Of a stretch of DNA of 64,000 nucleotides, positions 12,725-23,816 are shown one piece after another; position 1 is the stretch's first letter; every line of letters starts with the position of its first letter. The notes beneath the pieces are model-generated. The model was not told where the DNA came from and searched no databases. It saw nothing but the letters and a program-made list of their open reading frames with translations. The stretch is from Catajapyx aquilonaris (lineage: Eukaryota): positions 1-64,000 of the forward strand of contig KZ538414.1 of the NCBI GenBank assembly GCA_000934665.2, in the 5' to 3' direction. The translations under genes and the position numbers were made by a program.

Positions 12725-12938
12725 TAGAGTCTATAACGGCCTAAGAAAATATACAGCACATAAAAATCGCTGTCTGCATATTTTTGGGAAATTTAACCTA
12801 CTTCTAGACTACGGATAGTACTGACACAAGTAGTTCAGATGCGACAGTATGTCAGAAAGGTTTTTGAAAAACCGAATTTTTGGGAGTGAGGATTTTTCTA
12901 CTGTGAATATCATCATATGTACTGTGGTAGAGCCTATA

Positions 12939-13112
12939 CAGGATGTTCCAGATTCGTGCGTCACTTTTAGACTTTTTCGAGAGAAAAAAGTCTTATAGCA
13001 CGGCTCTGTCTGTCTTTCAGATGCCTGTCCACAGACAGACAGACAGAGCCGTTCTATAAGACTTTTTCTCTCGAAAAAGTCTAAAAGTGACTCACGAATC
13101 TGGAACACCCTG
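12939..13112. mobile_element. CAGGGTG palindromic MITE, with an extra right TIR ending at 13297
   Basis: TA|CAGGATGTTCCAGATTCGTG...CACGAATCTGGAACACCCTG|TA. The same right end is repeated at 13268-13297. Confidence 0.85.
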
Positions 13113-13336
13113 TATAGTACTGATATCACCCGATAGTAGTTACTTTTTGTAGCTTGTTGTGCCCCTAACCATGTTCCCTATGGGGTTGAATATAGCAGAT
13201 GCTATATAATGGTTAGAGGCCACACAAGGTACAAAAAATAATTGCTAGCGGGCGATTTCAGTTATCAAAAAGTGACGCACGAATCTGGAACACCTTGTAT
13301 AAGCCCAAAGAAAACAAAAATAATTTTCTCTTTGCT

Positions 13337-13875
13337 ATGTGCATATTTTCGGGATATATAACCCACTTCCAGCTTACTGATAGTACTGAAACTTGGTACA
13401 CTACTAGTTCAGATCCGATAGTAACTTAGAAAACTCCAAAAGCCCCAAAATTTTGGGAGTGAGGCTAGTTATGACGCAATTTCGATCCTTCTGAGGCTCA
13501 TAGAAAAATGTGTAAAAACATAATATGTTTGTATGTGCATATTTTCTGGAAATCTAGCCCACTTCTAGCTTACTGATAGTACTGAAACTTGGTACACTAC
13601 TAGTTCAGATCCGATAGTAACTTAGAAAACTCCAAATGCCCCAAAAATTTGGGAGTGAGGCTAGTTATGACGCATTTTCGATCCTTTTTAGGCTCATAGA
13701 AAAATGATTGTATGTGCATATTTTCTGGAAATCTAGCCCACTTCTAGCTTACTGATAGTACTGAAACTTGGTGCACTACTAGTTCAGATCCTATAGTACG
13801 TCAGAAAGGTCTGAAAATCCTGAAATTTTTGGGAGTGAGGCTATAGTTATGGGCCAATTTCTACCCTTCTGAGGC
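13337..13875. repeat. ~180-bp tandem repeat (3 copies, plus a diverged copy at ~12775-12895)
   Basis: ATGTGCATATTTTC..CCCACTTCTAGCTTACTGATAGTACTGAAACTTGGTACAC..TTTGGGAGTGAGGCTA is repeated. Confidence 0.9.
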
Positions 13876-14570
13876 ATGGTGGGGGTGAGCCATGGTAAGG
13901 GAGGGATAGATGGTCTTTCCATGAAGCAACAAAGGTTCGGCCAGGCGAGTCGAGGGGCAGTCGAGCGAGCACAATGGCGTTTTAGGAATGAGGCTGGGGG
14001 AAGGGGGGGCATTAGATTCAGTATTCACATTTGTGACCCCTGAGAGCCTTATTAGTTCTATATTGTTCCCCCCTTATAAATGTTTGGGGGGGGGGGGACC
14101 CATATCAACCCCCCCTTCCCAACTCTTATTTGGCCCCACATCATTAAAGGTGACACTGATGAACTTTCCAAACTTTTGACTCTCATAAGAGGGGGACACT
14201 TCTACCCGGAACTCTCGGTCTCCCACAATATTATCTCCCGTCAGCTCTTACTTCCGAGCCAGATTTATGATCTCCGTCGCAACATTTGACGGCGACGCTT
14301 CATCGCCGTCCCCCCTCCAACCCCAAAATGGTATGCCTTTATTATGAAACTTGGCCGAAACGAGTTGCCATTAGTGGGGGGGGACCAAGAGACTTATGGC
14401 AGACGTCTCCAAAATTTTGCGAGAGACCGCAAGTTTCTCAGATGTGATTCAGTGACAATTCATTTTCTGAGATTTTGGCCCTTAATATGAAGGTTCTGAA
14501 ACATTAGTGATTAACTTAAGTGTAAGAAAGAAAATATGGGGAAAAGACAATTTGAACTAAATTCAACGGT

Positions 14571-14750
14571 TTCCGCTTTTCACCTGACATGCCGGGGCAG
14601 AATTGCACTCCCTACTCTGCCCAGGGCCAGGAGAAAAGGCCTGGTGTTTCATGTCAGAAATGACTACCGCACAGCGCCCTCCCTTGGGAACCTCCCGTGG
14701 CTAAGAGGGCCACGGGTCCTATCACGGGGTATCAAAAATAAAAAATAATT
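14571..14750 (+). mobile_element. Retroposon family D fragment (LINE 3' end or 5'-truncated SINE)
   Basis: GGGCAGAATTGCACTCCCTACTCTGCCCAGGGCCAGGAGAAAAGG...CTATCACGGGGT plus A-rich tail. The flank TCAACGG is duplicated. Five copies occur in the window. Confidence 0.75.
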
Positions 14751-15013
14751 TTAAAAAAAATCAACGGCTCAAAATTTCAAAGTTTAATGGCTCAAAATGA
14801 GTCGAAAACTCATCATGCCTACAAGCTTAAATATTTTGAGCGATTTTTGCTACAATTTGAGATGCTCTTTGTAAGTTTTTTTTTAAGTTACGGTACTTTT
14901 CATTAGATTCAAAGCTATGGCATGATAGTGGGCAACCAGAGGTATTTTCAATAATTTTCTGACAAATATCTTTGAAACTCTTGTGTTTTTCTCATACTTG
15001 GTAAAATTTTTGA

Positions 15014-15190
15014 TGGTTGGTTGGTTGGTTGGTTGTGCCAAAGCAACTAAGGCTATCTGGCATAGTGGGTTTTTGAGAAACGGGAGAACCCCCGAGAAAA
15101 CCCACGCTAACACGGCGAGAACCTATCGCAACTCTTTCCATATAAGTGTCCTCCGCCCGCCCCGGGCATCGAACTCGAGACATTAGACTG
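15014..15190 (-). mobile_element. 5'-truncated tRNA SINE with V-domain-like core and (CAAC)n tail
   Basis: On the minus strand: B-box-like GAGTTCGATGCC, then GTTCTCGCCGTGTTAGCGTGGGTTTTCTCGGGGGTTCTCCCGTTTCTC, then a (CAAC)n tail. Confidence 0.65.
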
Positions 15191-17054
15191 AATTTTTGTA
15201 AATTTTTCTAGAAATTCGTGTAATTTTTTCTGGAAGTTTACGAAAATCTACATCAAATTTTTGGTTAGTACAGCACTGTAGTTAAAATAGCTTCATTTTG
15301 ATTAACACTTAAGGCTGCTTCTGGATAAAATATCTCCAAAATCTCCTGATTCATCCATATGTATAGTACGTAGACAACAATAAGTGCATATTTCACTAAA
15401 TTTTTATGCAACTCATGCACAATAGCGTGCTCTCCCAGAAACATATTTTTGCACGCTTTCGAATGGTTTATGAAAATTTTTGGAAAATTTCAAGCTCACT
15501 TCTTTCATAATTCAACTCTGTCGAAATTTCTTACGTCATAATACGGCAAAATATTCACAAAATTTATAATTTAATAATTATGTAGGTTTCAGATAATTTG
15601 AAATGTTAACAGATAATCTACGGACACCCACTTTAACTGACAAACTAGCCATCAGATGACACCAGTTGGCCGACTCATTTACCCCCTAATTAACCTGATC
15701 CCAGATGAGAGTGATGGCCACCATGCGCAAAAACCGTCGGACAGCAGCCGAGGCCCAATTAGTGGGCAGCCCAGGTAGCCACCCGCCGTCAGCCACCGTC
15801 TTTGTGCCCCTAATTAACTCCTTCATCCCCTAGAATCAAGGCCGGGACAATGGGGGGGGGGGGGGGGNGAGAATTTCAGGAAGCTGCTACCTGGGCCTAT
15901 TTTTACATAATTGATGGATACATAAGAGGGGACCTACCAAGTCCATGAGGGTCCTTCCCAACTGCTTGGTTCAGTGGAGCCAACTGGTAGGTTCTTGATG
16001 GATACGGTACAACGTATGCTAACTCCTGCAATGAGACAAAAAATACAGATCAATTATATACGGATGGTGAGACGTACCACATGGTTCTCATGGGAAGAGT
16101 ATGACGCTTCATTGGCTTGGGAATGACGTCCGATTATATATTTTTTTGCGTGTATGTGTTGCGGGGTGAGATACAAACACCAAAGCACGGATTTCCCATG
16201 GTGTATCCACCGTATTATTTGGCGAGGTCACTCAAGCTGAAGTGACTGTAGAAATTGGTGTACGTGAGTCATTCGAGGCCATATTTGTATTTTTTTTTAA
16301 TCTTTATTATGTAAAAATAATAAGTACATAGCTGTGACCAAACTTGTTGAAGGTATTTCAACTACCAAGTTCCCATTATATTTCCCCCTCAGCACATACA
16401 TCATCCTGAACAAAAGTTCCTATGGGGACTGTCGCAATTTCTAGTCCCCAGAAAAGTTGAACAATACTTTGTTCTTGACCTCCGAGGTCCACACAGGCTA
16501 TCTGTAAACCGATTAGGTCCGGCTCGCTGAAAACCAGCCTCTTTATAAAAATAAAAAGGACCATACAAAAGAGACCATATTTCCTATTATGCTAAAACCG
16601 TGCCCGTTCACCCAAGCATCGGTAACACTTTGTGCAAGTTAGCCTGTGCTTTTTTTTCTCGAAGAAATAACCCTCCCTTGACAGTACGTACTTAGGGTAT
16701 TGTATGGGGTCGCCTGGTATTCTAATGGGCGTGACCAGGACCGCACAATTGAATCAGGACCATAAACTTCTTGTTCCTTTTTTCATACGATTCCTCGAGT
16801 GGTATTATCCGCATAAATCCAATAAGAATCCTTGGCTGGAGCTCTAATGAGCCATGACCGAAGGATAAATTGTACGTATTGTTATTGTCGGGGTCTGTCG
16901 GAAAATGAAAATATGTGACGTGCTAGGTTATATGGGGACGAACGAGCCTATATGTCATACTGTAATATTGTGTGACGCTCTTAGATGGCAGTGGCGTCTG
17001 CTAGCTGAGACAAGCCTGCGGCCAGGCCGTTTCACGACTCCCATAGGTCCACAC

Positions 17055-17383
17055 CCAGGGGATAGCAACTCCCTGGAACTGGTGTACACACTGGCCAAGG
17101 AACCAGGTGGAACCGGCTTGGAACCGGCGTGGAGCCAGCATGGTGCCGGCATGGAGCCAGCATGGAGCCGGCATAGAGCCAGCATAGAGCCGGCATAGAG
17201 CCGACATGGAGCCGACATGGAGCCAGCATGGAGCCGGCATGGAGCCGGCATGGAGCCAGCATGGAGCCAGCATGGAGCCAGCATGGAGCCGGCGTTGAAC
17301 CGGGTGGAACCGGCATGAACCGGGTGGAACCTCCCTGTTCCAGGATCTGATGTACCATTTTTTGGGGAGTTGCTAACCCCTTG
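17055..17383. mobile_element. hAT-type MITE with an internal 11-bp tandem array (GAGCCGGCATG)
   Basis: GTCCACAC|CCAGGGGATAGCAACTCCC...GGGAGTTGCTAACCCCTTG|GTCCATAC. Confidence 0.8.
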
Positions 17384-18808
17384 GTCCATACCTAGAGGAG
17401 TCGTGAAGGGCGAGTTTGTTTCGGGCGGTCCCTTGAAGATAATTATATCGAGGTTTTACTATAATAGTGAAAATACCGAAAAATATCAAACAAATTGTTA
17501 TCGAGACACAAAATTTCGCATTTCTTTCAACAATGGCTCTCCTAAAATTCCGACATGCCAATTTTCATCATCTAAAAATACACCTTCTTCCTGGACCTCC
17601 ATAAGAGTGATGGAAGGGTTGGAAGACAAGTCAGGTGAGTCTAAGAAGATACCCTTAAGGGTCAGTTTTTTTTTCTTCCAAAGAATAGAGGTGTTGGAAG
17701 GGCATCCCCCATTGTTCCCTCCCCCCTTTCTCCCCTCCTATGCAGGCCAACAAAAGGGCAGCGCCACTCACCTTTTGGGGGCAAAAACCAACATCCATCA
17801 AGGGTGAGCCCTGTTTTTCCCCTTGCACAAAAGCCAATAGAATTATTCTTTCCAGTCGGCTTCCCCACTGCAAAAGCATCCTGGCGGCTCCTCAGAAACA
17901 GGGCCCCCCCTTTTGGCCCCCCCGCCTGGGCAGGAGAGGTGAGAAGATTGGGCCGCTCAGGTGTTCGCCCCCAGGGTCTTTACACCGCAGGGGTGGAAAA
18001 TCCAGTGACCAACTGCAGGGTGTCTCGAAATTACTTTCACACCTGGGAATCCACTGGTCTGACTTTTAAACATTTAAATTTAATTGTATTTACCATGTAG
18101 GGGTTATGTAATCTGAGTTAGACGGTCGGAAATTAGCTCCACACTTTCTGATTTATCACCAATTAGGTTGGGGTGTATATATATATATATTTTTTGCCCC
18201 TTCCAGGGACAGGTCCTTCCGTTGGGTTTGGGTTAACTGCCGCCAAGCAGTCTGTCTAACAGTCAAACTCAAGGGCATTCTTGTCCACAGTCCTCGACTT
18301 TGAATATTCCTCAGCATGTAACGTATGTAATAGGAAAACTACTGTAGATAGTTTAGTTTAGTTTAGGGAAACTATTGCTATGTGGCACATTCTTAAAAAC
18401 CATACATATTATAACATATGTTCCCCCATACGAATGGGTGGGGTTGATATGAACTTATTGGGTGGTTCCTCAACCCAACCCTCGCCACCCCCTTTCTTCC
18501 CACCTACCCACCCATAAGAGGGAGGGTATATAGAAAGGGGGGTAAAAACCTTCAAAGCCTTGCACGCCTTTTATTTATTCCCGGCAGGGAGATTAGTCCC
18601 ATTTACAGATAGAGCGGCGTTAATCAATATCCCGGGCCTGTAATTCAAAGAGGAGGGCAACACGCACGCCCCAGGCCACACACGGTCAGCACACGGTCTG
18701 CACAGAAGCGCCCCCACCACGGACAACTCACCAAAGAGGTGAAAATATCCGATTGTCTACCTGCACGCCACCTGCATTCAAAAAGTGCATAAGAATACTA
18801 GGGGAGGT

Positions 18809-18890
18809 AAATAAGGCTGATCCATGTGAATAAGGCTGATCCAGGTGAATAAGGCTGATTCAGGTGAATAAGGCTGATCCAGGTGAATAA
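18809..18890. repeat. 19-bp tandem repeat (AATAAGGCTGATCCAGGTG) x4
   Basis: Visible directly. Confidence 0.9.
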
Positions 18891-18929
18891 TAAACATCAT
18901 CGGTACATGGTGGATTTGCTATAATAATA

Positions 18930-19710
18930 TTTTTTGGAATCATTTAGAATAGTGCATATTTAATTCATAATGCATTTAAAGGGAACAGAATTATTTTTAC
19001 ATTATGCATACTGCATTTTATTCAATATATAATAATTTTATTCGCCATATTACGGAACGAATAAAATTATTTACATAGTGTATAATTTTATTTACTCCAT
19101 AATATATACTGTGTATGCATTAAATGCAAATAAAATTATTTAAATGGCGCATAAATTTATTTACTCCTGAATAAGATTAATTCGAATGATGCATAACACT
19201 ATTATTAATTTACTCCAGTATTAAGATTCTCCACTTAAGGTGAGTAAACTCATTTAGAACAGTACATAATTTTATTTACTCCATAATAAGTGTGGCATTT
19301 AAAGTGAATGAAGTTATTTACGTGGGGCATTATTTATTTTATTCAGTCCATAATAATTTTATTGCCCATAAGTGGAAAATCATATTACGGATGGAATAAA
19401 ATTATTTATATACCGGTAGTGCATAATTTATCTACTCCATAATATTTGTAAGCATTTAACCGAATAAAATTATTTTCATGGTGCATAAATGTATTTATTC
19501 CAGCCATATTATGCACTTAGGTGAATAAATGTATTTATTCCAGCAATGTTATACGTTTAGGTGAACAAACCGGTTTATTCCAGCAATATTATGTGCTTAG
19601 GTGAATAAACCGGTTTATTCCAGCAATATTATGCGCTTAGGTGAATAAACTGATTTAATCCAGCAATATTATGCGCTTAGGGGAATAAATGTAGAATGGT
19701 GCACAATATT
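18930..19710. repeat. Degenerate AT-rich repeats, ending in a 40-bp array at ~19495-19690
   Basis: Recurrent GTGCATAATTTATTTACTCC and TTATTCCAGCAATATTATGCGCTTAGGTGAATAAA units. Confidence 0.7.
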
Positions 19711-20709
19711 ATTTGCTCCACATACGTATATTCTTATGTACTGTCATTTACAATGGTACATAACTTTACACTTGGCCCAGTATTTTTATGCATTTAGAAT
19801 CTTAATTGTCAATACCCTTTGGGTACCTCCACATCAACATACCAAGAAAGCCATCAAGGAGCCCTCTTTTACAACCTTGTTCGGTCCCCAGTGGCCAACA
19901 GGTGCGCCCAATAGGTTAATTCTTTCTCCCCCCTTTCCATGGTCCCTTTCTAACCATCCGCTTCCCATTTTTTAAACCCTTCTTACAGGGGGGTCCGAGC
20001 CTCGCTGTCTCCTAGACTCGGCATCTTAAATTGGGATGACTTGCACTGTTGTTTTCCCCCATTTTCAGGAAGTGCAAATATGGCTGACAATTGTCTGGAA
20101 CGCGGGGACCCCTGATTGAGCCAGAGTTTTTATCAGTGGCGGATGGCCCAGGGGCAGGTAGATCGAAGTTCCATTTGTCACTGGGGCGTGGGGGTGCATT
20201 AAACCCCCCTGTTCTTCAGGTGGGGTACGGCCGGGTACCCCCTCCAACCACAGAGCATTCCTGGGCTCAGGTGTCAATGGCTGGAGGTCCCGCTGTGAGC
20301 CAGATTGGGGGCTCAGGTTGGGTGGGGGAGGAGGCTGCAAGGGGTGTTTTTTGATGCCGTATAGAATATTTCTATTTTTTTCCTAGAGAAGAAATAGAGG
20401 GGGGTATGTAATAGGGGGGACTTTTGGGGCTGACCAGCAGGCCGACTGAAAGATAAACAGCGCCATATATCCTGACGGAGAAAGCCTGACGTGAAAGAAT
20501 GCAGTCAGCGCCCAAAGTCATTAACCAAAGTGGCTTTTGTACGTTTGTTGTCCACCCCAACACCTCTACCGACTTGCCGACTGACATCGGATTTAAATAA
20601 TATTGAAGTAGGAAATAATTGTGTATATCGTGGCTATAGGTCCCCTTGGAATAAATGTGAGGTGCAACAAGGAAATGTAGTCTTTGTAGCAAATAATTTA
20701 ATTAAAATT

Positions 20710-20865
20710 GGGCAGAATTGCACTCCCTACTCTGCCCAGGGCCAGGAGAAAAGGTCGGGTGTATTTCAGAAAGTCAGAAATGACTATAATTACAGCGCCC
20801 TCCCTCGGGAACGGACTTCCTCCCTAAAAGGGCTCTGCCCTATCACGGGGTAAAAATTTTTTAAG
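20710..20865 (+). mobile_element. Retroposon family D copy with 12-bp TSD
   Basis: TTAATTAAAATT at 20698-20709 and 20866-20877 flanks GGGCAGAA...CTATCACGGGGT. Confidence 0.8.
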
Positions 20866-21278
20866 TTAATTAAAATTATGTTCATACGTATGTGCATGTA
20901 CTGATTAATGTACCGACTGAGGTTCCCTCCCCAAAAAATCCCAATCCTTACCCCATGTCCTTTCATCGTTGCACCAGAGTTAGAAGAAAAATCAGAAAAT
21001 GGAAGAAAAATGGTGGTACTCCACCTCCCTATAAGGCCCTATCACGGGGTAACGTTTTAAAAAATGTACCGACTGAGAGGTGTTATTTTGTAATCAATAT
21101 ATACTGTCTACAAGTCATCGTGCACATCGTGCAAGTCATCGGCACATCGTGATGCATTTTCAAGTCAGTATATCTGAATGATGGGCTGTCTATAAGTCAG
21201 TACCGCAGACGGTACAAGTACCATCTCCCGATTACCCAGTTTTATTACAGTATATCACCAGTAAATTGCAGTCAATTT

Positions 21279-21608
21279 ACCGAAGCAGTTTGGAGGAGTG
21301 GATAAGGTGTTAGACTGCTAATCGGGAGGTCCTGGGTTCGAGTCCCGGCGCCGGCAATCCTAACCGTGGTTTTCTGTGGTTTCCCACGGTTCCCCCAGGA
21401 GAATTCCGGGATTGCTTCCTAAATAATAGGCCACAGCCGATTCCTTCCATTCCTATCCTTGTCCTGTCCATGAGGAGGTGCGGTGTCGTTGGGGGATATC
21501 TGACCCTCCCCTCATTATCCCGATCCTGTCCCCTGCACCAGATGGTGGTATTCCACTCCCCTAAGAGGGCCTAGCACCCTATAGCACGGGGTACAACAAC
21601 ACCAACAA
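21279..21608 (+). mobile_element. SINE family A, long variant (extra ~75 nt), tail C
   Basis: Family head and body are present. The TSD AAATT(G/A)CAGTCAATTT is at 21263-21278 and 21609-21624. Confidence 0.9.
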
Positions 21609-22409
21609 AAATTACAGTCAATTTCAGAAGCTAACCCGTCAAATGGTCAGCTTTAGTTCCATTCAGACTTGCAGTGACACATCATGTATTGTTGTCACCT
21701 CAAACACATCCTAACATCGGGTATTCAAGTCTCCAAGCAAATACCCACCCCTATTGTCACTTCATCCACACAAAAACCCCTCTTTCTTACAAGTCAATAA
21801 CAATGCCTCCTCGCAGGTGTCCCTCATCTATTGTTGTCCATTTCTAATCCGCGCTATGAGCTCCTTCTTCTTCATCCATCCTCGCATGCGCCTCGTTAAT
21901 TAAGCGTGACAATGCGCCGACTCTCTCCACGGCTCCTTGGTCAACAACATCAACAGCCAAATATTTCACTGCTATTTCCTAAGGTGTGGTGTAAAGTGTC
22001 GTGATGATTATCTTCACGCTCATTATATCACTACTAATTGGGCAGCCTACCCCCCTTCCCCCACAGCAACAGTTTTCAGGTCTTATTTTTACGAGGTGAC
22101 GACTAGAGAATGGAATAACAACAAAAAGTAACAATAAAAAAAGATGGCCGATTCGAATTATCTTGACCCCGAAAACAGTTTTTGGAAGTCTCTTCCTGTT
22201 AGACCCCATACCGAGCAATGCATTGGAAACTTTTTCCTGGACGATCTGCAATTTGCTCGGCGGGTGTCCCATGAAGAAAAGGAGGGAATGATGAGGGGGC
22301 AAGATGGTTCACATCCGCATTGAGATATATCCGCATAGAAACAATCTAATTGGAAGTTTCAGACATTTCTGGTCTTACTTCCAAGTACGAAGATATTCCT
22401 CCATTTTTG

Positions 22410-22992
22410 AACGAAATTGGACTGAAATGAGCGGAGTTGGACGGATATGAGCGAAACTGGACTGAAATGAGAGAAATTGAACTTATATGAGCGAAACTTG
22501 ACATATATGAGCGAAATTGGACTGAAATGAACAGAGTTGGACGGATATGAGCGAAACTGGACTGAAATGAGCGAAACTGGACTGATATAAACCGAAGCAG
22601 GTTGGTTGTAGTGGTTAAGGAGTCCGACTGCTAATCGGAAGGTCTTGGGTTCGATTCCCGGGGCCGGGGATCCTGACCGTGATTTTCTGTGCTCTCGCAT
22701 GGTCACCCACAGGATAATTCCGGGGTCGCTTCTGTATATAATAGGCCACAGCCGCTTCCTTCCCTCCCTATATTCTTGGCCCCATCCATATGTGAAAGTT
22801 TCAGAAGAAATTGTGTGGTAAAACTGGTGGTATTCCACCCCCCTAATGTAGCCGATTCTCCTAATTAGGTAAAATAAATGTTTAAAAAATAACAAAACAA
22901 ATTTGAGTGATATGAGCGGAACTGGGCTGAAATGAACGGAACTGGGCTGAAATGAACGGAATTGGACTGAAATGAGCGGAATTGGACTGAAA
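22410..22992. repeat. 20-bp minisatellite (GAGCGAAACTGGACTGAAAT) split by a SINE
   Basis: Arrays at 22410-22585 and ~22905-22992. Confidence 0.85.
22591..22880 (+). mobile_element. SINE family A copy (tail A, with ~35-nt insertion)
   Basis: Matches the family consensus. Confidence 0.9.
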
Positions 22993-23451
22993 TTTGTGAC
23001 AATAAGACACCAGGCTGAAACCAGTGTAGGTTTTACAAACACCTGATATATCTGCATATGGTCATATGTTGGGGGGGGGGGGGGGAGGNNNNNNNNNNNN
23101 NNNNNNNNNNNNNNNNNNNNNNNNNNNNNNNNNNNNNNNNNNNNNNNNCCCCCCCCCCCCCCTTCCTTTTACACCCCATGGTCTCACTTTTGGCCAAACA
23201 CAGATTGTCTCATGTTGTCCGACCGAGTTTGCGCGCCTCTTTATGTTCTTTTTGTATTTTCCCGCCTCGGATAGCCATCCAGGTGAGTAATGAGGGACTG
23301 TATGACAAGATGGACGCTAGGCATCTTTTTCATCTGTGGACGTCCAATGCGCGTGGAAAAATTATGGGACGATGTGATGAGCCCACATGTCCCTAGGGTA
23401 TTTTCATTCCATGGTGCTGAATAAGTCTGTATGCAAATATTCAAACTAAAA

Positions 23452-23816
23452 TTTTTGTAAAGAATTCCGAATTATTTATAGGGTAATTTTGTATAGAATT
23501 CTGAATTATTATTTATAGGGTAATGTTGTATAGAATTCCGAATTATTTATAGATTATAGGGTAATTTTGTATAGAATTCCGAATTATTTATAGATTATAG
23601 GGTAATTTTGTATAGAATTCCGAATTATTTATAGATTATAGGGTAATTTTGTATAGAATTCCGAATTATTTATAGGGTAATTTTGTATAGAATTCCTAAT
23701 TATTTATATGGTGATTTTGTATAGAATTCCTAATTATTTATAGGGTAATTTTGTGTAGAATTCCGAATTATTTATAGGGTAATGTTGTATAGAATTCCGA
23801 ATTATTTATAGGGTAA
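23452..23816. repeat. 34-bp minisatellite (GGGTAATTTTGTATAGAATTCCGAATTATTTATA)
   Basis: About 10 tandem copies. Confidence 0.95.

Noticed and set aside
16330..16840. Faint minus-strand resemblance to Polinton-type DNA polymerase motifs
   Set aside because: It needs many frameshifts, the DTDS motif is absent and the spacing is inconsistent. A translated search would be needed to support it.
23070..23162. G-run / N-gap / C-run (also G-runs beside Ns at ~976, 15868, 53247-53418, 55604)
   Set aside because: These are assembly gaps at homopolymers. Their lengths and orientation are unreliable, so I make no G-quadruplex or inverted-repeat claim.
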